A stretch of DNA of 64,000 nt from an uncultured delta proteobacterium (GCA_963737905.1 CAVTUQ010000029.1:1-64000); one strand, 5' to 3'. Positions 52,503 through 62,690 are shown, counted from the first letter of the stretch. Notes: a model not told the origin generated them from the sequence alone. Made by a program: numbers and translations.

Positions 52503-53462
52503 TTACTTGTTTCCCATCTCCCTTTGCACCTCTCTAAGAAGCGATAGATCCGCCACTTGATCGATCGAGACCTCGCGGTCCACCTTGGCATTTTTCTTGG
52601 CCTCGTCGATCAGGAGCTTAAGCCCATCCTCAGGAAGGCTTAAGTCGTCGCTATAGGTTTTCACGATGCCATCGTAAGTGGCTGCCGCCGTCTCTCGATC
52701 GATCCTCATCCACTCCATCATCACTTGAAGCGTGCCCTCGCGATTGTGAGAAATATACCTGTTCGCTTGAATGCCTGCTTTGATCATTCGCTTGATTTCG
52801 TCCGGTCTCTCTTTGATCCTTTTGGCATTTACGATCAACCCGCTTGAAGGGTAAGTGTACAGTTCGTTGGCCCTGGCAAGCACAACAAATCCCAACTTTT
52901 TGCCGAAAAACTCGATGGGGGGCGAGCCCATGGTCGCAACGGTAAAGCCTTGTTTCATGGCCGTGAGGCGAGACTCCATTCCGCCGGTGGGAAGAAGCTT
53001 TACGTCCTTTTCCGGGTCCAGACCAAAATGCTTGAGCATCAACTTCGTTTGACCCTCAAGACCGCCGCCCAAGCTGTTTAGCCCGATCGTTTTACCTCTC
53101 AGGTCCTGGACTGACTTGAACTCGGGCAAGGCGATGAGGGCAGTGGCTACGCGAGGCGTGAAACAGGCCACGATTTTGACTGGAATGCCGCGCATCGCCG
53201 CCGCCACCGCGGGGCCTATCACCGTGTGATAATCGAGTTCTCCGCTAACCAGGGCGGTCAGCGCAACGGTCGATCTAATCCTGATGAGCTCTGCTTGAAT
53301 CCCTTCCTTTTGATAGAAGCCCCGCCTCTCTCCCACCGGCGGTGAAAGAAACGAGCCGGAGTTGTCCGGATAGCCGATCCTGATTTTATCTGCGGCATGA
53401 ACCGAGAAGCGGAAAGCAAGAATGGCAAGAATAGTGAGGAAAGCTACAAAGATCCGATTCAT
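52503..53462 (-). CDS. NMT1/SsuA-type ABC substrate-binding protein (type B copy 1)
   Basis: Paralog of 50316-51272. Confidence 0.85.
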   Translation of the reverse strand: MNRIFVAFLTILAILAFRFSVHAADKIRIGYPDNSGSFLSPPVGERRGFYQKEGIQAELIRIRSTVALTALVSGELDYHTVIGPAVAAAMRGIPVKIVACFTPRVATALIALPEFKSVQDLRGKTIGLNSLGGGLEGQTKLMLKHFGLDPEKDVKLLPTGGMESRLTAMKQGFTVATMGSPPIEFFGKKLGFVVLARANELYTYPSSGLIVNAKRIKERPDEIKRMIKAGIQANRYISHNREGTLQVMMEWMRIDRETAAATYDGIVKTYSDDLSLPEDGLKLLIDEAKKNAKVDREVSIDQVADLSLLREVQREMGNK

Positions 53463-53501
53463 CGGACACCCCCCTTATAGCCATTATTCGCTTCACAAAC
53501 G

Positions 53502-53532
53502 AAAAAGCCCGGCTGGTACATCCAGTCCGGGC
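53502..53532 (-). terminator. Intrinsic terminator upstream of the binding-protein array
   Basis: GCCCGGACTGG-ATGTA-CCAGCCGGGC-TTTTT on the minus strand. Confidence 0.7.
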
Positions 53533-53600
53533 TCATGTAGTACGAATCAAAAGGGGTGACCGGATCTGAAGACCCAGTTTAACCTGAGAGGTTATGTGGA
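53502..53600 (-). ncRNA. Candidate structured sRNA / attenuator leader
   Basis: TTGACA-N17-TAAACC promoter (53632-53604), two hairpins, then a terminator. Confidence 0.45.
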
Positions 53601-53645
53601 CGTGGTTTATGCCTGGGCAGGCCAGCTGTCAAGCGGTTTTTTTGG

Positions 53646-55229
53646 CTAGATCTCTCTTCGGCTTTTGGAGACGAACTGCCGATCATACAGAGCCTGGAGC
53701 TCTGTCAGTGTGGTAGATTGCTCGGGACTTTTATCGTCCCGGATTCTCGTGATCCGCGCAAAGCGCAGCGCGAAGCCCGAGCTGTACTGCGGGCTTCGCT
53801 GTATTTCATTGTAGGCGACTTCGACGACGACCTCCGGCTTTACCGTCACCGTATAGCCGTCGTCGGCAGTTTGTAGCTCACGCAACCGGGCCGTCATCTC
53901 AATGAATTCTTTATCGGTCAAGCCTTTAAAAGTTTTTCCCACCGGAGCAAATCCATCCGCGCCGTCGGCAACGGCGAGATGATAGTTAGAGAGCCAGCCG
54001 CGCCGTCTTCCCGAACCGCGATCGGCGGCCGTGATCACGCAATCCACCGTTTCCGCGGGCTTGATTTTAAACCAAAGCTTTCCTCGGTTGCCTGGCATGT
54101 AGGGGCTATCCAAGGCCTTGGCCATCAGCCCTTCATGACCTGCGGCGAGGGCCTCGTTCAGAAAAACTTCGGCTTCGGCGATATCGGTCGTGATTTTTCG
54201 GTGCGCGACGTTTTTGCCTCTGGAAATAGCGCTCAGTTTCAACCAGCGCGCTTCATAAGGCTCGTCGATGAGCGAACGAGCTTCGAAAAAGAGGCAATCG
54301 AAGAGGTGAAGAGAAAGAGGGATCTCGCTGGCCGCGGATTCAATTCCATGAATCCGCTTGAAGCGGCGCATGAGCTCCTGAAAAGGAAACGGCCGTCCGT
54401 CTTTGCCTACGGCCACAACCTCCGCGTCGAGAATGAAAGAATTCCCTTGAAGATCTTTGCGCACAATCTCAACGATTTCCGGTAGACTCCAAGTTACCTC
54501 AGAAAGGCGCCGGCTCCAGATGCGCACCTGCTCTCTCTCTTTATGAATCTGAACCCTCGCCCCATCGTACTTGAACTCAAGCGCTGTCTTTCCTCCATGA
54601 GCCGTGAAAATTTCGTTGAAGTCCTGAGATAGCTCGGAGAGCATGGGCAGCAGAGGAACGAAAAGTTTGATATCGACCTGTTGCAGACCAGCCATTCCGT
54701 CCGTAAGAGCAATTGTGGCAACCTCGGCGAGGTCCGAAAGAAAAAGAGCCGCGCGGCGGACGGTTTTCAAATCCGTGTTGGAAGCGCGAGCGATCGCTTC
54801 TTGAATGAGGCCGTCGTGTAGACCGATGCGCAGTTCGTTGTGGAGCAGGCGAAATAGAATGGGCCGTTCATGGGAATCGGCTCTTTCGACAAGCTCCGTG
54901 AGCCGAGCCAATTTTTCTCGGCGCGAGCCTTTGCCGCCGGCCTCGGCGATTTTGCCGAAACTGTCCGCGACATCTTTGAGCGTGAGCGACGTTGAGGATA
55001 GATTCTCGACTGCGGGGATTTTCGATGCTTCGAAAAAAGCCCCTGCCCCAATGTCGAGGGTCCGGGGATCGGAGACCGGAAATGGCCGGCCGGACAAGAA
55101 CGCAATGCCGTACCGGATCTCATCGGGCTGAAGCCGCTTGAGATAGGCCGCCGCCGACGCAATCTTCGCAAGCCGGCTCGGCGTTTTCTCGAGCTCGTAG
55201 CAGAGAGCGGCGAAGTCAGAAAACTTCAT
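53646..55229 (-). CDS. ATP-dependent DNA ligase (LigB/archaeal-like)
   Basis: EFKYDGARVQIH, EGLMAK, WFKIKP, ALRFARITRIRDDK. Confidence 0.92.
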   Translation of the reverse strand: MKFSDFAALCYELEKTPSRLAKIASAAAYLKRLQPDEIRYGIAFLSGRPFPVSDPRTLDIGAGAFFEASKIPAVENLSSTSLTLKDVADSFGKIAEAGGKGSRREKLARLTELVERADSHERPILFRLLHNELRIGLHDGLIQEAIARASNTDLKTVRRAALFLSDLAEVATIALTDGMAGLQQVDIKLFVPLLPMLSELSQDFNEIFTAHGGKTALEFKYDGARVQIHKEREQVRIWSRRLSEVTWSLPEIVEIVRKDLQGNSFILDAEVVAVGKDGRPFPFQELMRRFKRIHGIESAASEIPLSLHLFDCLFFEARSLIDEPYEARWLKLSAISRGKNVAHRKITTDIAEAEVFLNEALAAGHEGLMAKALDSPYMPGNRGKLWFKIKPAETVDCVITAADRGSGRRRGWLSNYHLAVADGADGFAPVGKTFKGLTDKEFIEMTARLRELQTADDGYTVTVKPEVVVEVAYNEIQRSPQYSSGFALRFARITRIRDDKSPEQSTTLTELQALYDRQFVSKSRREI

Positions 55230-55396
55230 TGCCTGTATTCTACCACGTCACCTAAAACGGCAAGACAATCCAAGCCCACCCTGCTACGTGAAAGCGCCGC
55301 CTTAACCGATATTGGTCGGGCAGCCAGCTTAGGCGTTCGAGGTCGGTTGGCGGTATCCGCGACGTGTTAGACAGGGGTGTTTGGGTGCAAGGTAAA

Positions 55397-56356
55397 CTAT
55401 GCGAACAGCGGGAGACCGGCCTCGAGCCAATGAGGACGAATGCCGGCTATGTTTAGCGACGCGAGGACCCGCTTGGGTTCACCGAGATCGTTCCATCTTA
55501 CCCCGATGACCTTGAGAACGGCGAGCCGATCTGGACGGTGGGCGAGTACGTGATGGGAAAAATTTGTTTCCGTGATGCGCTGGTAAAGCTCATCGATGAT
55601 AATAGATTCCTCGGCCGTGCCGAGGAATGGAGAGAGACCGATAAACGTTCCGTAGAGTTGCGGAATTGCGCTTTGAATGATTCCGAGTAAAGCTTGCACC
55701 GAGGCGACCATCACAAAACTGTTCCACAGGCACCCGCGAAGCTGTAGCACCTGAGCCAAGAGTTGATTGGGCTTCTCCCAAAAACGCCGCACGCCATAGA
55801 CTCGCGATTGACCCCGGACCGGCTCCGACGGTTCGATCCAACCATATTCCACTTCCGGAGTTTCCGGGTCGAATCCAAGTAGGATGACCAAATCCGGTCG
55901 TTGGCGGGCGGTGTCCAGTGCAGCGCGGATATGGCTCATAAATTTTTCGTTGTCTGAAATGTAATGGTCAGAAGGAAGGAAGGCGACCAAAGCCTTAGGA
56001 TCAACGGCGGCGATCCGCAACAAACTATAAAGAATTGCCGGTGCGGTGCCACGATTGCTGGGTTGAACCACAAGGTGTCTTCCGGACTCACCGCCCACAA
56101 TGGGCCCGTAGTAGGGCGCGTGAACGCGATTGACAACATAGAGGGTTCGTTCGCGCGCCAGTTCCAGGGCGGCGCGAGTTCGTGTTTCTTCGAGAAGCGT
56201 TTTCTTGCCAAACACGGAGCAGAACTGCTTAGGCCGCTCGTCGCCAGCGATCTTTCTGGTGAGAGACTTGAGGCGCGTGCCGTCGCCGCCCGCCAGAATG
56301 ACTGCCCATTCGCTTTCTCGATTGCGGACAGTGCCCGTCAACGTTAGGTAATTCAT
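55397..56356 (-). CDS. Sugar-phosphate nucleotidyltransferase, paralog of 8490-9623
   Basis: LAGGDGTRL, PKQF, QPSNRGTAP, PSDH, FWEKP, WNDLG. Confidence 0.85.
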   Translation of the reverse strand: MNYLTLTGTVRNRESEWAVILAGGDGTRLKSLTRKIAGDERPKQFCSVFGKKTLLEETRTRAALELARERTLYVVNRVHAPYYGPIVGGESGRHLVVQPSNRGTAPAILYSLLRIAAVDPKALVAFLPSDHYISDNEKFMSHIRAALDTARQRPDLVILLGFDPETPEVEYGWIEPSEPVRGQSRVYGVRRFWEKPNQLLAQVLQLRGCLWNSFVMVASVQALLGIIQSAIPQLYGTFIGLSPFLGTAEESIIIDELYQRITETNFSHHVLAHRPDRLAVLKVIGVRWNDLGEPKRVLASLNIAGIRPHWLEAGLPLFA

Positions 56357-56676
56357 AAGTTTGTCCTTGTTGTCGTTTCTAACGTGTGGCTGTTAAATGC
56401 CTGTTTCCTCTATGTTAAATCTTTGATGACCAGTGGAACAGAAAGGATGCAACAAGGCGGAGTTCAGAAAACAGATTGCCGGTCGAGCCAACTCGTCGAC
56501 AATAGCGTCCGTGGTAGAGGCCCATCGACTTCGGTCGGAGGGTTTGCCGCTGCGGTTGACTATCGGAAGAATCCGCGCCTATAGGCAACAATAGTGAAAT
56601 GGATAACTCCCGGACTAGGGATCATTTCTCGTATCTTGTGGCCTGCTCGACAACAACTTGGCAAAGGAGAAGAAAA

Positions 56677-57144
56677 ATGACCAAAAGAACAAATTTGAAT
56701 CCGCAAGCTCAATCGCAAGAGTTGGTTAGAGCCGGTATCGAGCAGACGCTGCAAAAATTATCGACAGCATTTCGTGAGCACGACGCAAGTGCTTTGAGCG
56801 GCATCTACGTGGAGGATGCTGATTGGACAAATGCCTTTGGCACAACCCGACATGGACGTGACGCGATTATCTCCTATCTCAGGGGGCTCTTCGCTGATCC
56901 GCACTTTGCTGCCGGTAAGCCAGTCGGCGCACCGGAACTGGCGGTCCGCTTCGTTACCGACGACGTGGCCCTAGCCAAGACGTACGTGGAAATTCAAGGG
57001 CAACAAACGGTCGCAGGTGGCGTACTCCCAATGCGACGGAATCACTCGCTCAAAGTATTGAGCCGGCAGTCGGATGGACGATGGCTCATCGTTTCAGAAA
57101 TTTTCATGGATGCTCGTGATGACAGCACCTACGTCGAGAGCTAG
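56677..57144 (+). CDS. NTF2-like/SnoaL (SgcJ/EcaC, DUF4440) protein
   Basis: YVEDADWTNAFG...GRDAI...VRFVTDDVA...GRWLI. Confidence 0.78.
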   Translation: MTKRTNLNPQAQSQELVRAGIEQTLQKLSTAFREHDASALSGIYVEDADWTNAFGTTRHGRDAIISYLRGLFADPHFAAGKPVGAPELAVRFVTDDVALAKTYVEIQGQQTVAGGVLPMRRNHSLKVLSRQSDGRWLIVSEIFMDARDDSTYVES

Positions 57145-57314
57145 CCGCCCGGAAAACAAGGCCAACTGATCTGAACCTGACCCTTGGGTTGAAAAAGAAG
57201 CGCGCCTCTCACCCACGTCGTTAGGCGGCAACCCGGGAGAGTCGGCGGACAACATTAAGTTGTAGTATTATAATCCACAGGTGGCAGGTTCCTCCTGGGA
57301 GACGAGTTGTACTG

Positions 57315-58292
57315 ATGTCAAAACTCAAACTTACCCTCGCATGCTGGGACTATGATCGCACCCGTCCGCTCATCGATGGTCGTGTCCAAGCCGAAGGCAT
57401 CGATTTGGAGATCAAGATCATGCGTCCCCGCGAGATCTTTCCCAGGATGCTGGAGAACAAAGAGTTTGAGGTTTCGGAGCTATCGCTTGGCTCTTATGTG
57501 ATCCTCAAAGGCCGCGACATTTGCCCTTTCGTGGCGGTGCCTGTCGCGTTGTCTAAGATCTTCCGCCACTCTTGTATTTACATACGGACCGATGCCGGCA
57601 TCCGGACGCCTGAAGACCTCCGGGGCAAAAGGGTGGGAACGACTCAGCTCGGTTCTACCGGCGTCGTCTTTATGAATGGGATGCTGCAACACGAGTACGG
57701 TGTGACACTGGAGGATATTCACTGGTTCGTTGGCGGATTGGCTGACGCGACCCCACGACCCGTGATTCCGTTGAAGCTGCCGGGGAAAATTAAGATTGAG
57801 TTTCTGCCGTCGGACCAGACACTGGAGGGAATGCTGGAGAACGGGAACCTCGACGCGTTGTTCGCGTTGTATATTCCCTCCATTTTCCAGAAGGGCTCGC
57901 CCCGCATAGCGCGCCTGTTTCCGAACTATTGTGAGGTAGAGCAAGATTATTATCGTCGCACCCGCATCTTCCCGATCATGCATACGGTGGTAGTACGCGA
58001 TGATGTCTGTCGAGAGCACCCGTGGGTGACCCGGAGTATATACAAGGCCTTCTGCGAAGCTCGGGATCTAGCGATCGGTGGACTCTATGACACGGACGCG
58101 CTACGCCTCTCGCTTCCTTGGCTCATCAACCATATCGAGGAGACATGGCGGGTCTTAGGGAAGGATTTCTGGGCCTATGGTTTGGAGCCTAACCGGCCGG
58201 CGCTACAGGCTATCGGTCAGTATGTGTACGAGCAGGGTTTCTCGCCCCGCGCTGTTGGGCCTGAGGAACTGTTCGCCTCGAACGTGGAGTAG
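57315..58292 (+). CDS. 4,5-dihydroxyphthalate decarboxylase-like protein (binding-protein fold)
   Basis: LTLACWDYDRTRPL, FRHSCIY, IFPIMHTVV, WAYGLEPNR; no signal peptide. Confidence 0.82.
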   Translation: MSKLKLTLACWDYDRTRPLIDGRVQAEGIDLEIKIMRPREIFPRMLENKEFEVSELSLGSYVILKGRDICPFVAVPVALSKIFRHSCIYIRTDAGIRTPEDLRGKRVGTTQLGSTGVVFMNGMLQHEYGVTLEDIHWFVGGLADATPRPVIPLKLPGKIKIEFLPSDQTLEGMLENGNLDALFALYIPSIFQKGSPRIARLFPNYCEVEQDYYRRTRIFPIMHTVVVRDDVCREHPWVTRSIYKAFCEARDLAIGGLYDTDALRLSLPWLINHIEETWRVLGKDFWAYGLEPNRPALQAIGQYVYEQGFSPRAVGPEELFASNVE

Positions 58293-58571
58293 ACAGATAA
58301 TATGGCCCCTTTACTCTGTTTGGTGACGATTATTCGTACTGAACACCTCTGGTCCGCTGGCAGTTTGGCTTTCAGTGACGAGGTGAGCTTGGGGTCAAAG
58401 CGATGCATCGCGAAGTTGCCGAGGTAAGCGGGATGTACACACTGCGGGAGCCGTGTGTGTTCAAGGGAAGTCACCCGCATAGGTAGAACGGCAATGCGGA
58501 GTTGTATGTCTTTGAAGCCAGCATTTTTCATCAGTCCTTCGACTTCTTTTGCGAACTTTTGGGACAGGACA

Positions 58572-59555
58572 CTAGTTGGGTAACCACGCAAGCGCGCCGC
58601 GGACTTCGGTAAATTCGCGCGGCAACTTGACCCACCACTCGCCGCCATCCGAGCTGGCGAAGAGCTGTCCGTAGTGGCTGCACGCGAGAATCAGGTCGGG
58701 ATCTGCCGGATGGGTCGCGAAGCACTCCATGTGAGTGTTCGGCGCGATGGGCAGCAGTGGCGTTTCCCAAGTGTGACCGCCGTCCGAAGAGCGCTGTATC
58801 GAGCCGAGGCCGCCGAGGGCGTCGTCGCCGATAGCCGCAAGAATCACTCTCACATCGTCTTGCTTAAAGACTATGCTTCGGCAATACGGCAAAGGAAATT
58901 TTCCGCGCACGCCGAGCGCCTGCCAATTCATTCCGCCATCGTTGCTGATGCAAATCTCGTCGGGGAGAGTGACCACCGCGGCTCCAGATTTGCCGGGCAG
59001 CGGTTTGATGTCATGAATATCGGGTTCATCCATGAGCCCGCCGGACGGGCGCGTCCAGCTCTCACCACCGTCCCGGCTCACGCGGACGCCGTCGACTTCG
59101 ACTCCCGCCCAGACAAATTTGTGATCCAGGGGATCCACGACCAGAGCAGTTACGCGGGGCGTGGTAACATTAACGCATTCCGTCGAAAAATCCGCCGGGA
59201 GCTTCTCCCAGTGCAAGCCGCTGTCTCGCGAGCGAAAAATCGCCGGCGGCGCGGTTCCGGCAAACATCGTATTCGGAGCCACCGGATCGATGGCGATGCG
59301 CCAAACTTTGTAGCCATCCAACGGAGAGTCGATATGCTCGAAGTTGGCGCCGCCGTCCTCGCTGCGATAGATGCCGTCATCGGCGCCGGCATAAATAACG
59401 CGGGGATCTTTCGGGTGCACCGCGAGGCCGAAGACCGACCTGCCGCCCTGGTACCCTTTCCACAATTTGCCTCTAGCCCAACTCATACCTCCATCGGCGC
59501 TGCGCCATAGACCCATGCCCAAAGTGCCGACGCAGATCGTGAAGTTTTTTGCCAT
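58572..59555 (-). CDS. BNR/Asp-box beta-propeller protein
   Basis: Repeated RSxDGGxxW motifs; no signal peptide. Confidence 0.8.
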   Translation of the reverse strand: MAKNFTICVGTLGMGLWRSADGGMSWARGKLWKGYQGGRSVFGLAVHPKDPRVIYAGADDGIYRSEDGGANFEHIDSPLDGYKVWRIAIDPVAPNTMFAGTAPPAIFRSRDSGLHWEKLPADFSTECVNVTTPRVTALVVDPLDHKFVWAGVEVDGVRVSRDGGESWTRPSGGLMDEPDIHDIKPLPGKSGAAVVTLPDEICISNDGGMNWQALGVRGKFPLPYCRSIVFKQDDVRVILAAIGDDALGGLGSIQRSSDGGHTWETPLLPIAPNTHMECFATHPADPDLILACSHYGQLFASSDGGEWWVKLPREFTEVRGALAWLPN

Positions 59556-59574
59556 AAGAGCCTCCTGTGGTGAG

Positions 59575-59820
59575 CAATGGAATACTGGAACAATGGAGTA
59601 TTGGATCCCATCACTCCACTACTCCAATGGTCCAATCTGGCATTGTGCAGAGCTTTGATCAAGCAGCCTGCGTCGCGCACGCGAGTACATAGTCGCTCGC
59701 TGCGCGAAAATGATGCGCGCATGACATTGACGATGGTGTCGAGGTTTTGTTATTGCTGCCTCAGAACGGGTTGGATATTGAGTTCCATCACTCCATCATT
59801 CCACCACTCCATTACTCCAG
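59575..59820. repeat. ACTCCA/TGGAGT short-unit intergenic repeats
   Basis: AATGGAATACTGGAACAATGGAGTATTGG...CATCACTCCACTACTCCA and TCCATCACTCCATCATTCCACCACTCCATTACTCCA. Confidence 0.6.
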
Positions 59821-59836
59821 CCCAAGGAGGTAACCC

Positions 59837-61000
59837 ATGCCTGGAGCTCTCCAAGACTTGCGCGTGATCGACTTTACCCACGCTTTGAATGGGCCTTTCT
59901 GCACGATGCTACTCGGACATCTGGGAGCGGAGATCATCAAGATCGAGCCGCCGAGCGGCGACCGCTTTCGCCGGTCATGGATGCCGCGGGACGCAAAAAA
60001 GGATGGCTACGAGTTTCTTTGGATAAATATCAACAAAAAGAGCGTCGTCCTCAATCTGAAGAGCGAACGGGGCGTAGAGCTAGCGCGCCGGTTGATCGCC
60101 ACTGCCGACGTGCTGGTGGAGAATTTTCAGAAAGGGACGATGGAGCGGTTTGGTCTGGACTATGACTCGCTGAAAAGTCTCAACCCGCGGCTGATATATG
60201 CTTGCTCGCGCGGTTACGGCGAATCGGGGCCCTATTCAGCCTACGGCAACACAGCGCAATCCAACAACAGCATGACCGGATGGACCCACACGTCGTGGGG
60301 GTACAGCGGCGCCCCGGGGACGAAGTCCCTGGGCATCGGCGACGAAGCAGCTGGCGTTAGCATGTGCGTCGGCATTCTCGCAGCGCTGCACGCCCGCGAG
60401 CGCACCGGCGAAGGGCAGAAAATCGTGGTGTCGATGCAAGAGGCGGTGCTCGGATTCATGATCAGCTCGATGCACGAGTATTTCACCGGCATCGACGTCG
60501 GCAACCAGCCGATTCCAGTGGCCGATGGTTTCTTCACGCTTCGGGTTCCCGAAATAAGCGACGGTGTCTGGGCGAAGCTTGCTCGTCTGATGGGCCAGGC
60601 CGAACTCGTGGAAGATCCGCGTTTTGTCACCGCGGCCGCACGCCGGCAACACCAGGCTGAGCTGGAGAAAATAATCAAAGCATGGGCGCAGGGGAAAACC
60701 CGCCAGGAATTATGGAACGGGCTGCGCGACCTGGACTACTTCGGCGCGCCTGTTTTGTCGACTCGCGAGGTGTTCGAAGATCCGCACATCAAAGCACGGC
60801 AAGCATACATTCAGCGCGATCATCCGACTGCCGGGCCGACGACACTGCTGGCGCCGTGGATTCACCTGTCCAAGACGCCCGCCAGCATCCGCGACGATGC
60901 GCCGGCTATCGGCCAGCACACGGACGAGGTGCTCGGCGGAATCCTGGGGTTGAGCGGAACAGAGCTGGGAGATCTGCGCGCCACGGGGGTTATCAAGTAG
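59837..61000 (+). CDS. CaiB/BaiF family III CoA-transferase
   Basis: LRVIDFT..GPFC..LGAEIIKIEPP, ADVLVENF, APAIGQHTDEVL. Confidence 0.9.
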   Translation: MPGALQDLRVIDFTHALNGPFCTMLLGHLGAEIIKIEPPSGDRFRRSWMPRDAKKDGYEFLWININKKSVVLNLKSERGVELARRLIATADVLVENFQKGTMERFGLDYDSLKSLNPRLIYACSRGYGESGPYSAYGNTAQSNNSMTGWTHTSWGYSGAPGTKSLGIGDEAAGVSMCVGILAALHARERTGEGQKIVVSMQEAVLGFMISSMHEYFTGIDVGNQPIPVADGFFTLRVPEISDGVWAKLARLMGQAELVEDPRFVTAAARRQHQAELEKIIKAWAQGKTRQELWNGLRDLDYFGAPVLSTREVFEDPHIKARQAYIQRDHPTAGPTTLLAPWIHLSKTPASIRDDAPAIGQHTDEVLGGILGLSGTELGDLRATGVIK

Positions 61001-61196
61001 GGATGGAGTGACTCGCGCAAAGACGCAAAGCATGTCCTGAGCGATGTCGAAGGGGTCGCAAAGAAATTAAACTTCCGTTGGCACTTAAATCTTCAACGGC
61101 TAAAGCAAGATTCTCTTGACAGCCCGTGCTGGCTGTGGTTCGAGAAGGCAGTGGGTTGTTTTCGCCGAGAAAATTCACTGAAGGTGAGATCTTGAT

Positions 61197-62474
61197 ATGA
61201 TAACGCGAGAAGAAAACCAACTGCTGACTCATACCGATCGGGGAACGCCTGCTGGAGCGCTGTTGCGGCGCTACTGGCAACCAGTGGCTCTTTCAGAGGA
61301 GCTACCTCCGGGAGGCGCGCCACTGGCTGTGAAGATTCTGGGCGAAGAACTGGTCTTGTTTCGCGACGATCAGGGGCAGGTTGGGCTTTTAGGGATTCAC
61401 TGCGCGCACAGAGGAACAAATTTGAGCTACGGGCGAATCGAAGATGGCGGGTTGCGCTGTCTCTATCATGGTTGGCTCTACGATATTGGCGGCCGGTGCC
61501 TGCAGCAACCCGGGGAACCCGGCGGCGGAGAGCACAGGGATGCAATCCGCCAGCTTGCCTATCCGTGTGAAGAGGCTGGAGGAGTCGTCTTCACTTATAT
61601 GGGACCAGGAGCACCGCCCTTGTTTCCCAACTATGATTTTCTCAAAGCATCCCGAGAGCATGTCTGCGTTGAAAAGATCTTTCACGAGTGCAATTACCTC
61701 CAGGCCAACGAAGGGAACATCGATCCGGTTCACCTCTCTTTTCTGCACCGGTTTCTCGAGAACCGAGAGGAACAATACCGCGGCGTGCGCGGCGCCAACG
61801 AGTCGCATTACAATCTGGTGGGCCGAACGGTCACGCCTACCATCGATGTGGAGCTAGTCGACTTCGGAGTGCGCATCTACACGGTGCGGCAGATGGAAGC
61901 GGGCCAATCCTATCTCAGAGTCTCTTATTTTATCTTGCCCAACTTGAGCGCGTTTCCTGGGCAAACAGGGGGCGAGGGGTATTCAGTGAACTGGCATGTC
62001 CCCATCGATAATTCGCAGCACTGGAAATATACCTTTATCTACAGTTCGGGCGCGCCCCTCGATAAAGCTATTCTTGACCGAGAACGCTCGGAGCTAACCT
62101 CAGATTACCGATTGATCCGAAACACCGCTAACCGTTTTCTGCAGGATCGCGAAGCCATGAAAACAAAAACCTTCGCGGGCATGGGTCATGGTTTTCAAGC
62201 TCACGACGCCTTCGCTACCGCTAGCCAGGGCACGATCCAGGACCGCACGGATGAGCACCTGGTTTCCTCGGACAAAGCGATCGTTGCGGCACGCAAGCTT
62301 CTCGAAAAAGCCATCCGGGATGTTCAGGAGGGACGAGATCCCGCCCATATCGCCAGGGAGCCCAACCAGAACCGCTTTCCTCAGCTACTGGTGATTTCGG
62401 ATATGATCCCCGCGACCAGTGACTGGAAGGATTACACCAGGGGGTTGGAAGTGGAAGCGACGGCGAAGCTGTAA
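61197..62474 (+). CDS. Rieske oxygenase, phthalate 4,5-dioxygenase/LigX-like
   Basis: LRRYWQP, CAHRG...CLYHGW, EGNIDPVHLSFLH. Confidence 0.88.
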   Translation: MITREENQLLTHTDRGTPAGALLRRYWQPVALSEELPPGGAPLAVKILGEELVLFRDDQGQVGLLGIHCAHRGTNLSYGRIEDGGLRCLYHGWLYDIGGRCLQQPGEPGGGEHRDAIRQLAYPCEEAGGVVFTYMGPGAPPLFPNYDFLKASREHVCVEKIFHECNYLQANEGNIDPVHLSFLHRFLENREEQYRGVRGANESHYNLVGRTVTPTIDVELVDFGVRIYTVRQMEAGQSYLRVSYFILPNLSAFPGQTGGEGYSVNWHVPIDNSQHWKYTFIYSSGAPLDKAILDRERSELTSDYRLIRNTANRFLQDREAMKTKTFAGMGHGFQAHDAFATASQGTIQDRTDEHLVSSDKAIVAARKLLEKAIRDVQEGRDPAHIAREPNQNRFPQLLVISDMIPATSDWKDYTRGLEVEATAKL

Positions 62475-62506
62475 TTTAGGGTAGGTGGAGATCTCTGAGT
62501 AACATC

Positions 62507-62690
62507 ATGGCCGCTATGCTCTATCGCGCAGATCAAGTGGGCAGCCTTTTGCGTCCGCCGGAGTTACTTGAAGCTCGCGCCGCTAATGCCGCCGCGCGGA
62601 TGACCTTAGAGCAATTGCGAGAGGTCGAGGGACGATCAGCTCCAAAAATTGGAATTGGTGGTCGCCACGGCTGAGAAAGTCTGGGGTTAA
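62507..62690 (+). pseudogene. Collapsed cobalamin-independent methionine synthase II-like gene (only both ends remain)
   Basis: YRADQVGSLLRPPELLEAR...LREVE joined to DDQLQKLELVVATAEKVWG-stop. Confidence 0.75.

Noticed and set aside
56445-56466. Sigma-54 site upstream of the second nucleotidyltransferase
   Set aside because: TTGC is present but there is no GG at -24.
57145-57230. attC-like site after the NTF2-like gene (GTTAGGCGGCA)
   Set aside because: No matching RYYYAAC inverse core and no integrase in the window.
58300-58560. Possible methyltransferase C-terminal remnant (GLMKNAGFKDIQ)
   Set aside because: Too short and degenerate to support a call.
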